Source: an uncultured Opitutales bacterium
GTDB taxonomy: Bacteria > Verrucomicrobiota > Verrucomicrobiia > Opitutales > UBA9783
Assembly (NCBI GenBank): GCA_944389435.1
Contig: CALXMI010000037.1
Location: 1 to 42,145, forward strand
DNA: 42,145 bases
Reading direction: 5' to 3'
Position numbers and translations under genes: made by a program. How positions within the stretch are numbered: the stretch's first letter is position 1; every line of letters starts with the position of its first letter. Positions 9,134 through 18,945 of the stretch are shown piece by piece. The notes beneath the pieces are model-generated. The model was not told the origin of the DNA, made no database searches, and was given only the letters and a program-made list of their open reading frames with translations.

Positions 9134-10951
9134 ATGGAACAAATCACCGCTATGAAAATAACCGGTCTTACTATGACCAATTTCCGTAATCATACCGAAA
9201 CACAGCATTTTGACTTCGGTGATATCAGTTACATAACCGGACACAACGGCACCGGCAAAACGACAATGGCTCACGCTGTTTGCTATGTACTCTACGGGGT
9301 TACATACTACGGCGAGCAAAAAATCGAAAGATTAATGAATGAAAGCGCAGACAGTGTAAGCGTGCAGCTTCATTTCATCGACCAAAACGGAGCCGCCCAC
9401 ACCCTTATACGCACAAGAAAAAACGAGAAATATTCCTTGCTTATGGACGGATATACCGTAAGCCAAGGCGGGGTCGAGCAGATGTTTGGTGATAAAAACA
9501 CCTTTATATCAATGTTTAATCCCACATATCTTGTTGAGAATATGGGCAATGACGGCAGAGAACTTATCCTGCGCCATATTAAGCCTGTTTCTAAAAAAGA
9601 TGTCCTGAAGGCTATCCCTACACATCAGTCAATACTTGAAAATGTGGATTTTGAAACACAATCCCCGGAGGACGCTCTTAAAGAAACCCGTGCGGCAATT
9701 CGCAGGGTTGAACAACAGATGGATATACTTCAAGGACACATTGAGCAGATTGAGGAAGCCCGAAAAACCGCCGAAGTTAAACTCGGTGAGTTGTATTCCG
9801 AAAAGCGTACCGTTGAAGATCAAATCAAAACATTTAAGGCAAAACAGTTTGACGGTATTGATACCGATGATTTTGCTATTCAACGTGATATATTAACTCG
9901 GAAACTCAGCGAAAATTCCGGCGAGGATCCCGCTGTAACCGCCGTAAAGGAAAGGTTGGCAGGTGCAAAAGCCCGCGTATATTCCTCAAAATTCACTCAG
10001 CCGCTTGCCGAAGCGTCCGCCGAGTACAATTCCTTGGTCAAGCAGTATAACGGACTTAAAGAGCGTATAACAGCCCTTAAAGTCGGTGATACCTGTCCTA
10101 CCTGTATGACGCAGGTGACGGAATCCAATATTGAGGAAATGCGAACATACCTTATTTCTGAGTGCAGCCGTATCGGCGAGCTTGGAAAATCCGTCGTTGC
10201 ACGCGGCAAGGAAATCTCAGAGCTTGACAAAAAAGCGAAGGAACAGTTTGAACAGTGGAAAGCGGAGGATATTGCAAAATTCGCCGCCGAGCTTGAAGAA
10301 CTGCAAAACGGTGCCGAGCGTGTAGATACCGTCGAAATTCGTTCAAAACTTGAGTCGCTCACCGAGCTTGAGAAATACGGTAATCTTTCCGAAGAAGAAT
10401 TTTCCGAGCTTCGCGACCTTGAGGCAACGCTGATCGGTATCAATGCACAAATCGAAACCGTGGAACAATCTGCAAGTGAAGAAAAGCTGAAATCAGCTAT
10501 CGTAGAAAAGGATGTATTCACTGAGCAAATAAAAAAGTACAAAGATACGGTTACTGCTATTACAGAATACATCTTTAAGCGTGCAGAGCTTGCGACGGCA
10601 GGGCTTGATATGCCTAATGTCAAGATCCGTCTTTTCGATATTGTAAGAGGAACAGGCGAACTGAAAAGTGCCTTTAAGTTCGACTATAAAGGGCGCGAAT
10701 ACACAACATTATCTCTTTCCGAAAAGACATTGGCGGGTATTGAAATCTCTGCAATGATTCGCAGAATAACAGGCAAGGATTATCCCATTTGCATCGACAA
10801 TACCGAAAGTATTGCCGCGTTTAATGATGTGGATATGCCTTCCCAGGTTCTGCTTATCCGTGTTGTCAAGGGGCAGCCGCTTACGGTCAAGTTCCAAAAC
10901 AACTACACTTCAGCCGTTCCCGCCGGTGAAGAAACACGAAAGGCAGCCTGA
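9134..10951 (+). CDS. Rad50/SbcC-like SMC-type ABC-ATPase
   Basis: Walker A GHNGTGKT, coiled coil with central CPTC zinc hook, signature LSLSE, Walker B ICIDNTES. Confidence 0.85.
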   Translation: MEQITAMKITGLTMTNFRNHTETQHFDFGDISYITGHNGTGKTTMAHAVCYVLYGVTYYGEQKIERLMNESADSVSVQLHFIDQNGAAHTLIRTRKNEKYSLLMDGYTVSQGGVEQMFGDKNTFISMFNPTYLVENMGNDGRELILRHIKPVSKKDVLKAIPTHQSILENVDFETQSPEDALKETRAAIRRVEQQMDILQGHIEQIEEARKTAEVKLGELYSEKRTVEDQIKTFKAKQFDGIDTDDFAIQRDILTRKLSENSGEDPAVTAVKERLAGAKARVYSSKFTQPLAEASAEYNSLVKQYNGLKERITALKVGDTCPTCMTQVTESNIEEMRTYLISECSRIGELGKSVVARGKEISELDKKAKEQFEQWKAEDIAKFAAELEELQNGAERVDTVEIRSKLESLTELEKYGNLSEEEFSELRDLEATLIGINAQIETVEQSASEEKLKSAIVEKDVFTEQIKKYKDTVTAITEYIFKRAELATAGLDMPNVKIRLFDIVRGTGELKSAFKFDYKGREYTTLSLSEKTLAGIEISAMIRRITGKDYPICIDNTESIAAFNDVDMPSQVLLIRVVKGQPLTVKFQNNYTSAVPAGEETRKAA

Positions 10952-10954
10952 TAA

Positions 10955-12097
10955 ATGGGTATTACTAACTACATTTCCATAGATGTAGTTGATGCTGCGG
11001 TACTCTGCAATTTGGACATCAAGCAATCAACCGTCACTCGCGAAGAGGTTCAAGCAAGGTGTCCTTTTTGCGGGGACTACAAGTACCGTATGTATCTCAG
11101 TCATCGCATGGATAACGCTACCTACTGGTGTCACAACTGCGGCGCTACCGGGAATGCGGTTACACTCTATGCGGCTTTTAACCCGGAAGGACGCAGGCTA
11201 TCCAACGCCGAGGCATATCACGAGCTGCTCCGTCATCCTAATGTACGCTGTGATGAAATGCCTGTCGAGACGAAGGATTATAAAGCTTTGCCGATCAGAC
11301 CGTTGCACGAACGCAGTCAGATTTATCTTACCTTTTTAAGTTTGCTCGATTTAGAGGAAAAGCACTACCGCAATCTACTTAGTCGTGGACTTTCCAAAGA
11401 AATCATTGCAGGAAATATGTATAGGAGTATTCCTACCGATCCTGTCAAACGGAGAAAGGTGTTAAACGAGCTGTCGCAGCGGTTTGACCTTTCAGGTATT
11501 CCCGGTTTTTTTACTAAAAACAACAAATGGCAAATGGCGAACTGCCGCTACAGCGGTATTCTGATTCCTGTATGTGATATGGATAATCAGGTACAGGGCT
11601 TACAGATTCGGTTTGATGATCCGCCGCCTAAAATCATTCAAAACCAAGACGGTACCAAACTTAAGAAAAAAGGCGAACGTTTCCGTTGGTTTTCTACGGG
11701 CGGCGAGTATTATCAAAACGGCACAGGAATATCCAGTTATATTCATGTTGTCGGAGACACAAATTGCGATACATTACATCTCACAGAAGGACCGATGAAA
11801 GCGGATATTGCAAGTTTTTTGTCTGAGGGCGAGCTTTTTATTGGGCTTACCGGAGTACAGAATGTGCGGTATCTGGCAGAGGTTGTGAAGAAGCTCCATC
11901 CAAAGCGGATTGTCGAGTGCATTGATATGGATGTTCGCACTAACCCCCATGTTCAGAAGGCACAGTCTAAAATACGCTCTATCTGTATGCCTCTTTGCGA
12001 GGATTATCGGACATTTACCTGGCCGATCGAACAGAAAGGTATTGACGATTGGCTGTTGTTTGAAAAACTCAAGCGCGAACACGGGCTAATACCATAA
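10955..12097 (+). CDS. DNA primase-like protein (zinc finger plus Toprim/DUF3854-like domain)
   Basis: CPFC...CHNC zinc finger, LTEGPMKAD, DMD, KGIDD. Confidence 0.8.
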   Translation: MGITNYISIDVVDAAVLCNLDIKQSTVTREEVQARCPFCGDYKYRMYLSHRMDNATYWCHNCGATGNAVTLYAAFNPEGRRLSNAEAYHELLRHPNVRCDEMPVETKDYKALPIRPLHERSQIYLTFLSLLDLEEKHYRNLLSRGLSKEIIAGNMYRSIPTDPVKRRKVLNELSQRFDLSGIPGFFTKNNKWQMANCRYSGILIPVCDMDNQVQGLQIRFDDPPPKIIQNQDGTKLKKKGERFRWFSTGGEYYQNGTGISSYIHVVGDTNCDTLHLTEGPMKADIASFLSEGELFIGLTGVQNVRYLAEVVKKLHPKRIVECIDMDVRTNPHVQKAQSKIRSICMPLCEDYRTFTWPIEQKGIDDWLLFEKLKREHGLIP

Positions 12098-12128
12098 TCT
12101 AACAACGAATATTGAAAGGACAACATTT

Positions 12129-13103
12129 ATGAAAAACATGGAAAGCCTAATGGCGGTTCACCAAAATTCCGAGGGCATAATCGGGAAGTTTTTCTACTAC
12201 TCAACCTCAAGTATTTTAATTCCTAAGACCAAATTCATCGAGATAGGACAGGCATACGGTTTGCCGAAATTCAAGCCAGCAAAAGAATCAAGAGCTAGTG
12301 CCTACCGTTGTGCGACAACGGCATTAAAAGACCGCGTTACCGTGAAAGGCAGCGACGGTACATCGCATATCTACCGCATTTACTGCAGAGACAATAAAAA
12401 AGAAGATGCCAAGTACATCACCAGAGAGCTTGTCAAGGAGACCCTTAATTCCCGAACAAATGAATACAAAAAGCTTGCTAACATCTGCTTTGACAAGGAA
12501 AACGAAATTGTTATTGTCGAAAATGAAGTTTATGATTCAGATGTGGATGTTCGTGATTATTGTTTGAAAGCCGAGGAGCTATATGAGCGTTACTGTAACT
12601 GCTATACCTCCGATCAGGTAGATTCGGTTATTGACGATATGCTGTGTCGTATGCAGGCAAACAGCATCAGCATCAAAGGTAATCTCTTCTTTATTCCCAA
12701 GCAGTATTTATCTTTGCTGAACTTATTGGAAGATTATATCGAATCTTTAAGCAGAGAAAACCTTAATACTAATCTGGTTCACAGCAACAGTATGTTTGTG
12801 GTTGACGATGAAAGACAGCGTCAGAAAATGACCGATGAATTTTACGCCAACTATAAACGGGATATTGAATTTTACCAAGAGCGTATTCAGCATTTTATTG
12901 ACAACGGTTGCGATTCTCAGGCTGTTATCCAGCGTTGGATGCAGAAAATCAATGCCCTGCAGATGAAAAAGCAGACCTACGAGGAAATCTTACAGCGTCA
13001 GCTTGATGATCTGAACAGTGATTATGCAATGCTTCAGATGCAAGGTCAGGAATTAGCCGTTCGTAATGTTAAAGGGCAAACCCAACTCAACATAGCTGCT
13101 TAA
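12129..13103 (+). CDS. Conserved ICE protein (DUF6744-like)
   Basis: Long ORF with RBS gaaagga; family assignment from memory only. Confidence 0.6.
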   Translation: MKNMESLMAVHQNSEGIIGKFFYYSTSSILIPKTKFIEIGQAYGLPKFKPAKESRASAYRCATTALKDRVTVKGSDGTSHIYRIYCRDNKKEDAKYITRELVKETLNSRTNEYKKLANICFDKENEIVIVENEVYDSDVDVRDYCLKAEELYERYCNCYTSDQVDSVIDDMLCRMQANSISIKGNLFFIPKQYLSLLNLLEDYIESLSRENLNTNLVHSNSMFVVDDERQRQKMTDEFYANYKRDIEFYQERIQHFIDNGCDSQAVIQRWMQKINALQMKKQTYEEILQRQLDDLNSDYAMLQMQGQELAVRNVKGQTQLNIAA

Positions 13104-13115
13104 TGAGGTATGGTA

Positions 13116-13289
13116 ATGGAAAAAGAATATATCGTTACCATAACCGAAGTTTTACAGCGAAAGGTTACTGTAAAAGCCGAAAGCAAAGGCGATGCAGAAT
13201 ATATCGTTGAGAAGCAGTATTATAACCAAGAGCATATACTTAACGAAAGCGACCTTACAGTACAATCCTTCAAAGCAAAAGCAGCGTAA
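13116..13289 (+). CDS. DpnD/PcfM-like small protein, 57 aa (not in ORF track)
   Basis: MEKEYIVTITEVLQRKVTVKAESKGDAEYIVEKQYYNQEHILNESDLTVQSFKAKAA; RBS gaggt. Confidence 0.8.
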   Translation: MEKEYIVTITEVLQRKVTVKAESKGDAEYIVEKQYYNQEHILNESDLTVQSFKAKAA

Positions 13290-13297
13290 AACAAAAA

Positions 13298-13346
13298 GAG
13301 GTTGTTGCAGGTGATTTTCTTACTTGCGGCAACCTCGGATTTTTTA
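13298..13346 (+). terminator. Intrinsic terminator ending the backbone operon
   Basis: gaggttgttgcaggt...acttgcggcaacctc stem, A run before and T run after. Confidence 0.75.
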
Positions 13347-13478
13347 GGAAATTTATATCCTAAAATCCAACTCTTTTTTAATATTATCAAATCTGAATTT
13401 ATAAAGTATTATATGACCTTACAGTTTAGTATTAAGTTATAACTTGCAATCTCAAGAATAATAATATATTTAATAACA

Positions 13479-14546
13479 TCAAATATAATTATTATCAAAC
13501 CGTTCCCAGTCAATGCCATGGTATAAGAATGTATCCAATGCCGCTCTTTCTTTAAGAAAAGTCGACGGAATCTCATCAATTATGTGCTTTAATATTTCTT
13601 TGTCTTGATTGAATTCATACTTCAAACATAAATTCAACCATTTTTCGGAAACTTGAACACAATCATTATATTTCACTAATGCAGAATTAGCTTCATCGGT
13701 AAGTGCAATTTCCCATTTCTCTATTATATATTCCATAGATGTTTTTATCATACACCTGTGTTCGTAAAGCTTCTTGGCAGCGCTCGTTAATCCTCTGAAC
13801 CAATCACAAAATTTATCTCCGTTAATCTCGGTTTGAAGAACTTCTTTAAAAGCGTCCAAACAAGCAATACCCATATAATGATAGTGGTGGTAACCATAAT
13901 CTCCTATTTCTTTTGGATGATGAATAATACATATCTTACCATCTAATTCTTTCCTAATTTTCAAATATGATTCAAAGGCACAATTATCCGGTTTATAGGT
14001 AGGATTCAGTTTCATTGCTGTGGCAGGATATTGAAAATTTATAGACAGTTCCATACCACGAAACGGTCTGTCTAAATAGTATTTTTTTATGTCTTCTATC
14101 GTGGCTTCTATATGTGAATAATCAATACATATGGTACGAAAGCCTCTTTCTGCAAGCCCCACAGAAATCAACTGCCCTTTACTATCGTCAAATCCGTAAA
14201 ATAGAACCTCATGATAATGATCTTCATTTATATATGGCTTAATATACATTATAATATAATATCCGCTTTTTAAGTTATCCTTTAAAGTATCTACTATATT
14301 GGGACTATTCATATCAAAGACTTTCAAAGGTTTTCTTTGCAAAATTTCTTCATGATATGACGGCGGATACATATTCATTTCTCCAAAATGAAAATTTCCG
14401 GCATCCGAATATAAATTATAATGTGAAGCTATCCAGTCCCTGTAATATTGCGATGTTTTTATAATAGCCAATCTATTGTATATCCAGCAATCTGTTACGG
14501 AATCAACATCTTCTATATGTATGGGTAGCTTTAATATCTCTTTCAT
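13479..14546 (-). CDS. Hypothetical protein, possible papain-like (BtrH/C39-like) hydrolase
   Basis: N-terminal DCW and HEVLFYGFDD motifs fit a Cys-His-Asp arrangement. Confidence 0.5.
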   Translation of the reverse strand: MKEILKLPIHIEDVDSVTDCWIYNRLAIIKTSQYYRDWIASHYNLYSDAGNFHFGEMNMYPPSYHEEILQRKPLKVFDMNSPNIVDTLKDNLKSGYYIIMYIKPYINEDHYHEVLFYGFDDSKGQLISVGLAERGFRTICIDYSHIEATIEDIKKYYLDRPFRGMELSINFQYPATAMKLNPTYKPDNCAFESYLKIRKELDGKICIIHHPKEIGDYGYHHYHYMGIACLDAFKEVLQTEINGDKFCDWFRGLTSAAKKLYEHRCMIKTSMEYIIEKWEIALTDEANSALVKYNDCVQVSEKWLNLCLKYEFNQDKEILKHIIDEIPSTFLKERAALDTFLYHGIDWERFDNNYI

Positions 14547-14899
14547 TTAATTCTGTCCTTTATTCATAATTTTTAAATTTATGTCATTGCAAGACATTCG
14601 AAGACGAAATAATAAATATTATTTATGACTTGATTTTTATATTGCGTTGCATTTTTCGATAATTGTTTTTATATAAATATGTTTAGTGCTAGAAATTCTA
14701 TTTGTTTTTCGCTTATTACAACATTACTTAAAACGATAAATAGCTGAGTCCTTATGAATAAGTGACAATTTGAGCTCGGTAGTATGAGAAAATAACGTGT
14801 TTGTAGTTTTGCACCATATTGAGCATTAGAAGTTTTTACGAAGCAAAAATGAAAGATTGTGCGCAACAAGAGCAACAAAAAAGTCAGATAAAAGTGAAG

Positions 14900-15100
14900 T
14901 TAGTAAGTGCGAAATATTTTATTATTTTCTCCAAAAGTGAAATTGTATAATTTCGCATCTACAAAAAGACTGTAATGCGAAGCTATCCAATCTCTATAAT
15001 AGGGCGAATTTTTAGCTATAGTCAATCTGTTATATGTCCAACATTCTGTAACAGATTCTATATCATCAAATTTTAACGGCAACTCAAATGGATTAATCAC
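14900..15100 (-). pseudogene. Truncated paralogue of 13479-14546
   Basis: ELPLKFDDIESVTECWTYNRLTIAKNSPYYRDWIASHYSL aligns with KLPIHIEDVDSVTDCWIYNRLAIIKTSQYYRDWIASHYNL; GTG start with GGAG RBS; stops after 66 codons. Confidence 0.8.
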
Positions 15101-15464
15101 TATAAAACTCCTTTGTTGATAAAAATAAATCCGACATGCAAATGTATTGGTTTGAGACTTCTGGAACATAGTAATTTTTTACAAAGAAAAGCTCTCTTGC
15201 TGTTTTATTGACAAATATTTCTGCGGGATACGTTTTAAGCTAGAAATGTTTGCTGTTTTCTCCAAAGGCGACTTATATAATTTTTTATCTGCATATTCTG
15301 TAACGATTTATTCGTTGCTCATGCTTATTTGTGATTGTTGTTTATTTGTTATTTATAGCATCCTAAAATACAACTATTGTCAACATGCTGCCTATGTATA
15401 GCTCAACATGTCTTGAATACAGATGGCAATCATATTTTTATATCGAAGTGAGTACATATCCTCA

Positions 15465-15881
15465 TCACTTTAACAAACTAAATGATTTCGTGATTTGTTT
15501 AATTTGTAGTTCTTCACCAAATATTGCTATACCTATAGGATTAAGATCAAATAGACAACTTTCGGTAATTGTTTTTTTATATACATCAAATTTATTGTTC
15601 AACGCTTGCCCTTCTTCTGTGAATATAACTAAAACAATGTTGTTAGTTTCATTGGTTTTCTTTATCGTTGAACTCAATTTCAACATTTTACTTAGATTTG
15701 TTTTCAATACAATAACATTGCACCTGATTGCACTATGTATAAAATCTGTTTTATCACAAAGTAGGTGCGAATTGTAAATATCATCACAACACTTTGCTAA
15801 TTGCCCCATCAAAATAGACGCTATATTAGCCGACACTCCAGGAGAAAGTTTTTCATTTACAATAATTGCAACCCTATTCAC
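15465..15881 (-). CDS. DUF2000-like protein (PTH2-like fold)
   Basis: VAIIVNEKLSPGVSANIASIL...GIAIFG...ITKSFSLLK pattern; GTG start after ggaggt. Confidence 0.7.
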   Translation of the reverse strand: MNRVAIIVNEKLSPGVSANIASILMGQLAKCCDDIYNSHLLCDKTDFIHSAIRCNVIVLKTNLSKMLKLSSTIKKTNETNNIVLVIFTEEGQALNNKFDVYKKTITESCLFDLNPIGIAIFGEELQIKQITKSFSLLK

Positions 15882-16434
15882 AAAAACACCTCCCTGATTT
15901 ATTTGCAAAACATACCCAAGGCATTATTACGCTATTTCTTAATATAGCTATAATATTCAATCCAAAATGCTCTGCACATAGTTTATTTGTTATTGATATG
16001 CAATTTGCATCTTCGTCCTGAATAAGTTCCTTACAGGCTTCTATGTTCGAATTAACATAAACAACATCTAAATTATCAACTTGTATATTTATTTCTCTTA
16101 ATAACGAATTGGTTGCTTGATGAAGATAGATTTTATCTGTTTTATGTAAATTTATGTTAGTGTTTTTGCTAACACAAACCAGAGGAGGAAGAGACTCTAA
16201 GAAAACTTCTGTGGCAATTAATTTGTTATCCATAATAAACTCGCTTATATTTGAGTATGCTGCAGGAACCAATATGCAAGAAAGTTCTTTTCTTTTCAAA
16301 GCGTCGGCAGCCGCCTCAAAAGAGTGATATGGTATAATCTCGGAATTGACATTCCATCTTCTTGCTATATACATGGAACAAGTCAAAGAACCAGAAGAGT
16401 CTCCTAGTGTACCAACTTTACATTTACGGGTCAT
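15874..16434 (-). CDS. BacA-like prephenate decarboxylase (bacilysin/anticapsin BacA family)
   Basis: GTLG, SFE, LVPAAY, NS, ITN...GL and IMPWVCF match BacA motifs TLG, TFE, VPHAY, NS, LTN...GL and IPMSWSLF as I recall them. Confidence 0.65.
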   Translation of the reverse strand: MTRKCKVGTLGDSSGSLTCSMYIARRWNVNSEIIPYHSFEAAADALKRKELSCILVPAAYSNISEFIMDNKLIATEVFLESLPPLVCVSKNTNINLHKTDKIYLHQATNSLLREINIQVDNLDVVYVNSNIEACKELIQDEDANCISITNKLCAEHFGLNIIAILRNSVIMPWVCFANKSGRCFCE

Positions 16435-17138
16435 TTTGCATCCTCCGTGAAACTGTTTATACAAGCTCTTCGTTCATTTGTTATAGTCAAATTATATTGT
16501 ATAGGGCTATCAAAACAATCCGCATCAACCAATGTTGTGTGAAACTCACCATTTTCACCGAATGGATCTATTCCGATAGATTTAAAGTGCTGATATGCTA
16601 ATCGATCATATTTTTCCCCAAGCCACTTTGTATCTATGGATGGATGGTTAATTGTAGTAATTATACTTTTAATTTTTCTGTTTTCTAGTTCCGTTATCAA
16701 ATCGTCATACGGAACTAGATACAAAGGGAAACATGGAATCATGCCGGCACTCTTACATAATTTGACTTGTATTATTATATTATCTAATGAATTCAAGTCA
16801 CCAAAAACGACATATTTTACTCCTTGCCGGCAGAAATCTCTGTATAACTTCGTGATTTTATCCCAACGCACCCACCATTTGTAATTAACATATATTATTG
16901 GGATGCGAAGTTTTTGAGCTTGTATATCTATTAAGCTTTGTTTTTGCTCATGAAACAACGATTCATTTTTATCGCTATCTAAACAATGGATTAAACTAAC
17001 AGCTTTACCAACCTCTAATGCTTTGGAAAGAGCAAGGCCAGAATCTTTTCCTCCACTGTACATAAAAACGAACGATTCATTTGTCGGTAAATTTCTATAT
17101 GATAAAAGATTTTCTTTATCAATGACAGTATAGTTCAA
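16431..17138 (-). CDS. Diphthine-ammonia ligase-like PP-loop ATPase (MJ0570/Dph6 family)
   Basis: YSGGKDS, VFGD, WLG, DPFGENGEFHT. Confidence 0.85.
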   Translation of the reverse strand: MNYTVIDKENLLSYRNLPTNESFVFMYSGGKDSGLALSKALEVGKAVSLIHCLDSDKNESLFHEQKQSLIDIQAQKLRIPIIYVNYKWWVRWDKITKLYRDFCRQGVKYVVFGDLNSLDNIIIQVKLCKSAGMIPCFPLYLVPYDDLITELENRKIKSIITTINHPSIDTKWLGEKYDRLAYQHFKSIGIDPFGENGEFHTTLVDADCFDSPIQYNLTITNERRACINSFTEDAK

Positions 17139-17166
17139 TAATTTACACCTCTTATCTGTTTAATAT

Positions 17167-18945
17167 TTATCTATAATTCTCTGCTTGCTTACTAAACATC
17201 TCATAGTATTTGCCTCGTAGAGAGATCAACTCATCATGTGTGCCAACTTCTTTGACCCCCCCATCACCTATCAAATAAATTCTATCAGCGTTTCTAATAG
17301 TAGAAAGGCGGTGTGCAATGATAATAGTTGTCGATAAATTGCTACTGTCGAAAATAAGTTTTGTCATCTCATATTCTGCAATGGGATCCAATGCAGCTGA
17401 AGGCTCATCAAATATTAATAGTCCAAAATCCCCAGATAAAAGTCTTGCGATCCCAATCTTTTGAATTTCTCCTCCGGATAACATAATTCCGCCTTCATCA
17501 AATTCTTTCGTTACATTAGTGTGAATGCTTGCATTGTTTTTGATTAAAACATTTTTAAGATCCGCTCGCATTATAATATCGTGAACTTTTTTTTCGTCGG
17601 AATTATCATATATACACAGATTATCGGCAAAGGACATTGCATAAACATTTGTGTTTTGAAAAGCTACACCTATTCTTCGTCTCAAATCATTTATATCGTA
17701 GTTACGTATATCAACATCATTTATACATATGCTTCCTTTGTTAACATCATAAAACCGCATTAATAACTTAACTATTGTTGATTTTCCTACTCCATTTTCA
17801 CCTACTATAGCAATTTTTTCACCAGGATTGATTTTTAAATTTAAGTGATTTATTCGGAAATTTGAATTTTGATAATTAAAGGAGATATTGTTAAACGAAA
17901 TTTTAAATGCGCCCGTTGGAGCCATAATACCGGCATTTTTTTCTGTTTCTATGTAAGATTTCAGGTCGAAAAAATTTTTAATTCTTTTCGCATACATACT
18001 TAGACGATTTGCGTCTTTAACATAATAAAACATTTCATTTAACGCATTTTTTAAAGTTTCTACTGCTACCATCATAGTTATGTAAGAACCCACTGTTGCA
18101 ATATTTCCGGTATAAATACCATGCGCAATATTTAGAATAACGAATGTTCGCGCAATGTAAAACGTGAAGGTTCCTGTCAAAGCCCACGGAATCATTTTAA
18201 AAGCGAATTTCTTTATAACATTGATTTTCCCATCTTGGGCAGCATTGTATCCTGCGAACAGATAATCTTTTATATTGGTGCTTTTTAAATCTGCGGCATA
18301 GTTATTAGTATAGAAAACTCTATGATAATAATTCAGTTTTCTATCATATGGAATTATCTCCGTATCTTTTTTCACATCATAATAGTTTGTTAATATATGC
18401 ATTATATTCTCAACGATAGTCCCGATTATGGTGACAATCACAGCGATGGGACTTAATGTCGCAATAATAGAAAGCATTGAGATAATGGTTATAATGGAAG
18501 ACACCATTCGATTAACCATGTTTTGAGCATCGGCAGCTTTGGTTGCATACTCACTAACGGCCCATGTGTAACTATCGAAATACTCTGGATCATCAATATA
18601 TCTGTAATCCGTATTTATTGCCTTACGATAAGCGTTAAATTTCAACTGTGCATCAATCTGTGGTAACATTCTATTTTTGCAGAACATATTAAAAATATCT
18701 TCATAAACGGGCTGAAACATCAAAATTAACTGCATTAATATCACAATTAAACATATATCTTTAAAGGAATATCCCCCCTGTAACATATTGATAATTGTGC
18801 TCGGTAGATAGACCCCCACTAATTGAGCAATAGGTATTATTATTCCCCAAAAAAACAAAGAAAAAACTACAAACATTTTTCCATATTTCCAATATGGTTT
18901 GTATAGCCATGCTATATTCTTAATTGATTTAATTATTGTTTTCAC
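17167..18945 (-). CDS. ABC exporter (TMD plus NBD)
   Basis: TM helices, GENGVGKS, LSGGE, DEP, AHRLST. Confidence 0.93.
   Translation of the reverse strand: MKTIIKSIKNIAWLYKPYWKYGKMFVVFSLFFWGIIIPIAQLVGVYLPSTIINMLQGGYSFKDICLIVILMQLILMFQPVYEDIFNMFCKNRMLPQIDAQLKFNAYRKAINTDYRYIDDPEYFDSYTWAVSEYATKAADAQNMVNRMVSSIITIISMLSIIATLSPIAVIVTIIGTIVENIMHILTNYYDVKKDTEIIPYDRKLNYYHRVFYTNNYAADLKSTNIKDYLFAGYNAAQDGKINVIKKFAFKMIPWALTGTFTFYIARTFVILNIAHGIYTGNIATVGSYITMMVAVETLKNALNEMFYYVKDANRLSMYAKRIKNFFDLKSYIETEKNAGIMAPTGAFKISFNNISFNYQNSNFRINHLNLKINPGEKIAIVGENGVGKSTIVKLLMRFYDVNKGSICINDVDIRNYDINDLRRRIGVAFQNTNVYAMSFADNLCIYDNSDEKKVHDIIMRADLKNVLIKNNASIHTNVTKEFDEGGIMLSGGEIQKIGIARLLSGDFGLLIFDEPSAALDPIAEYEMTKLIFDSSNLSTTIIIAHRLSTIRNADRIYLIGDGGVKEVGTHDELISLRGKYYEMFSKQAENYR

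Noticed and set aside
13337-13385. att-like direct repeat shared with the right cargo edge (~37720-37740, caactc)
   Set aside because: The match is only a few bases in AT-rich DNA, and no integrase is in the window.
15110-15460. Possible further small peptide or gene remnant upstream of the truncated paralogue
   Set aside because: Frames are interrupted by stops, with no RBS or recognisable motif.
15465-17138. Complete bacilysin or diphthamide pathway
   Set aside because: Only single BacA-like and Dph6-like genes are present; their usual partner genes are absent.
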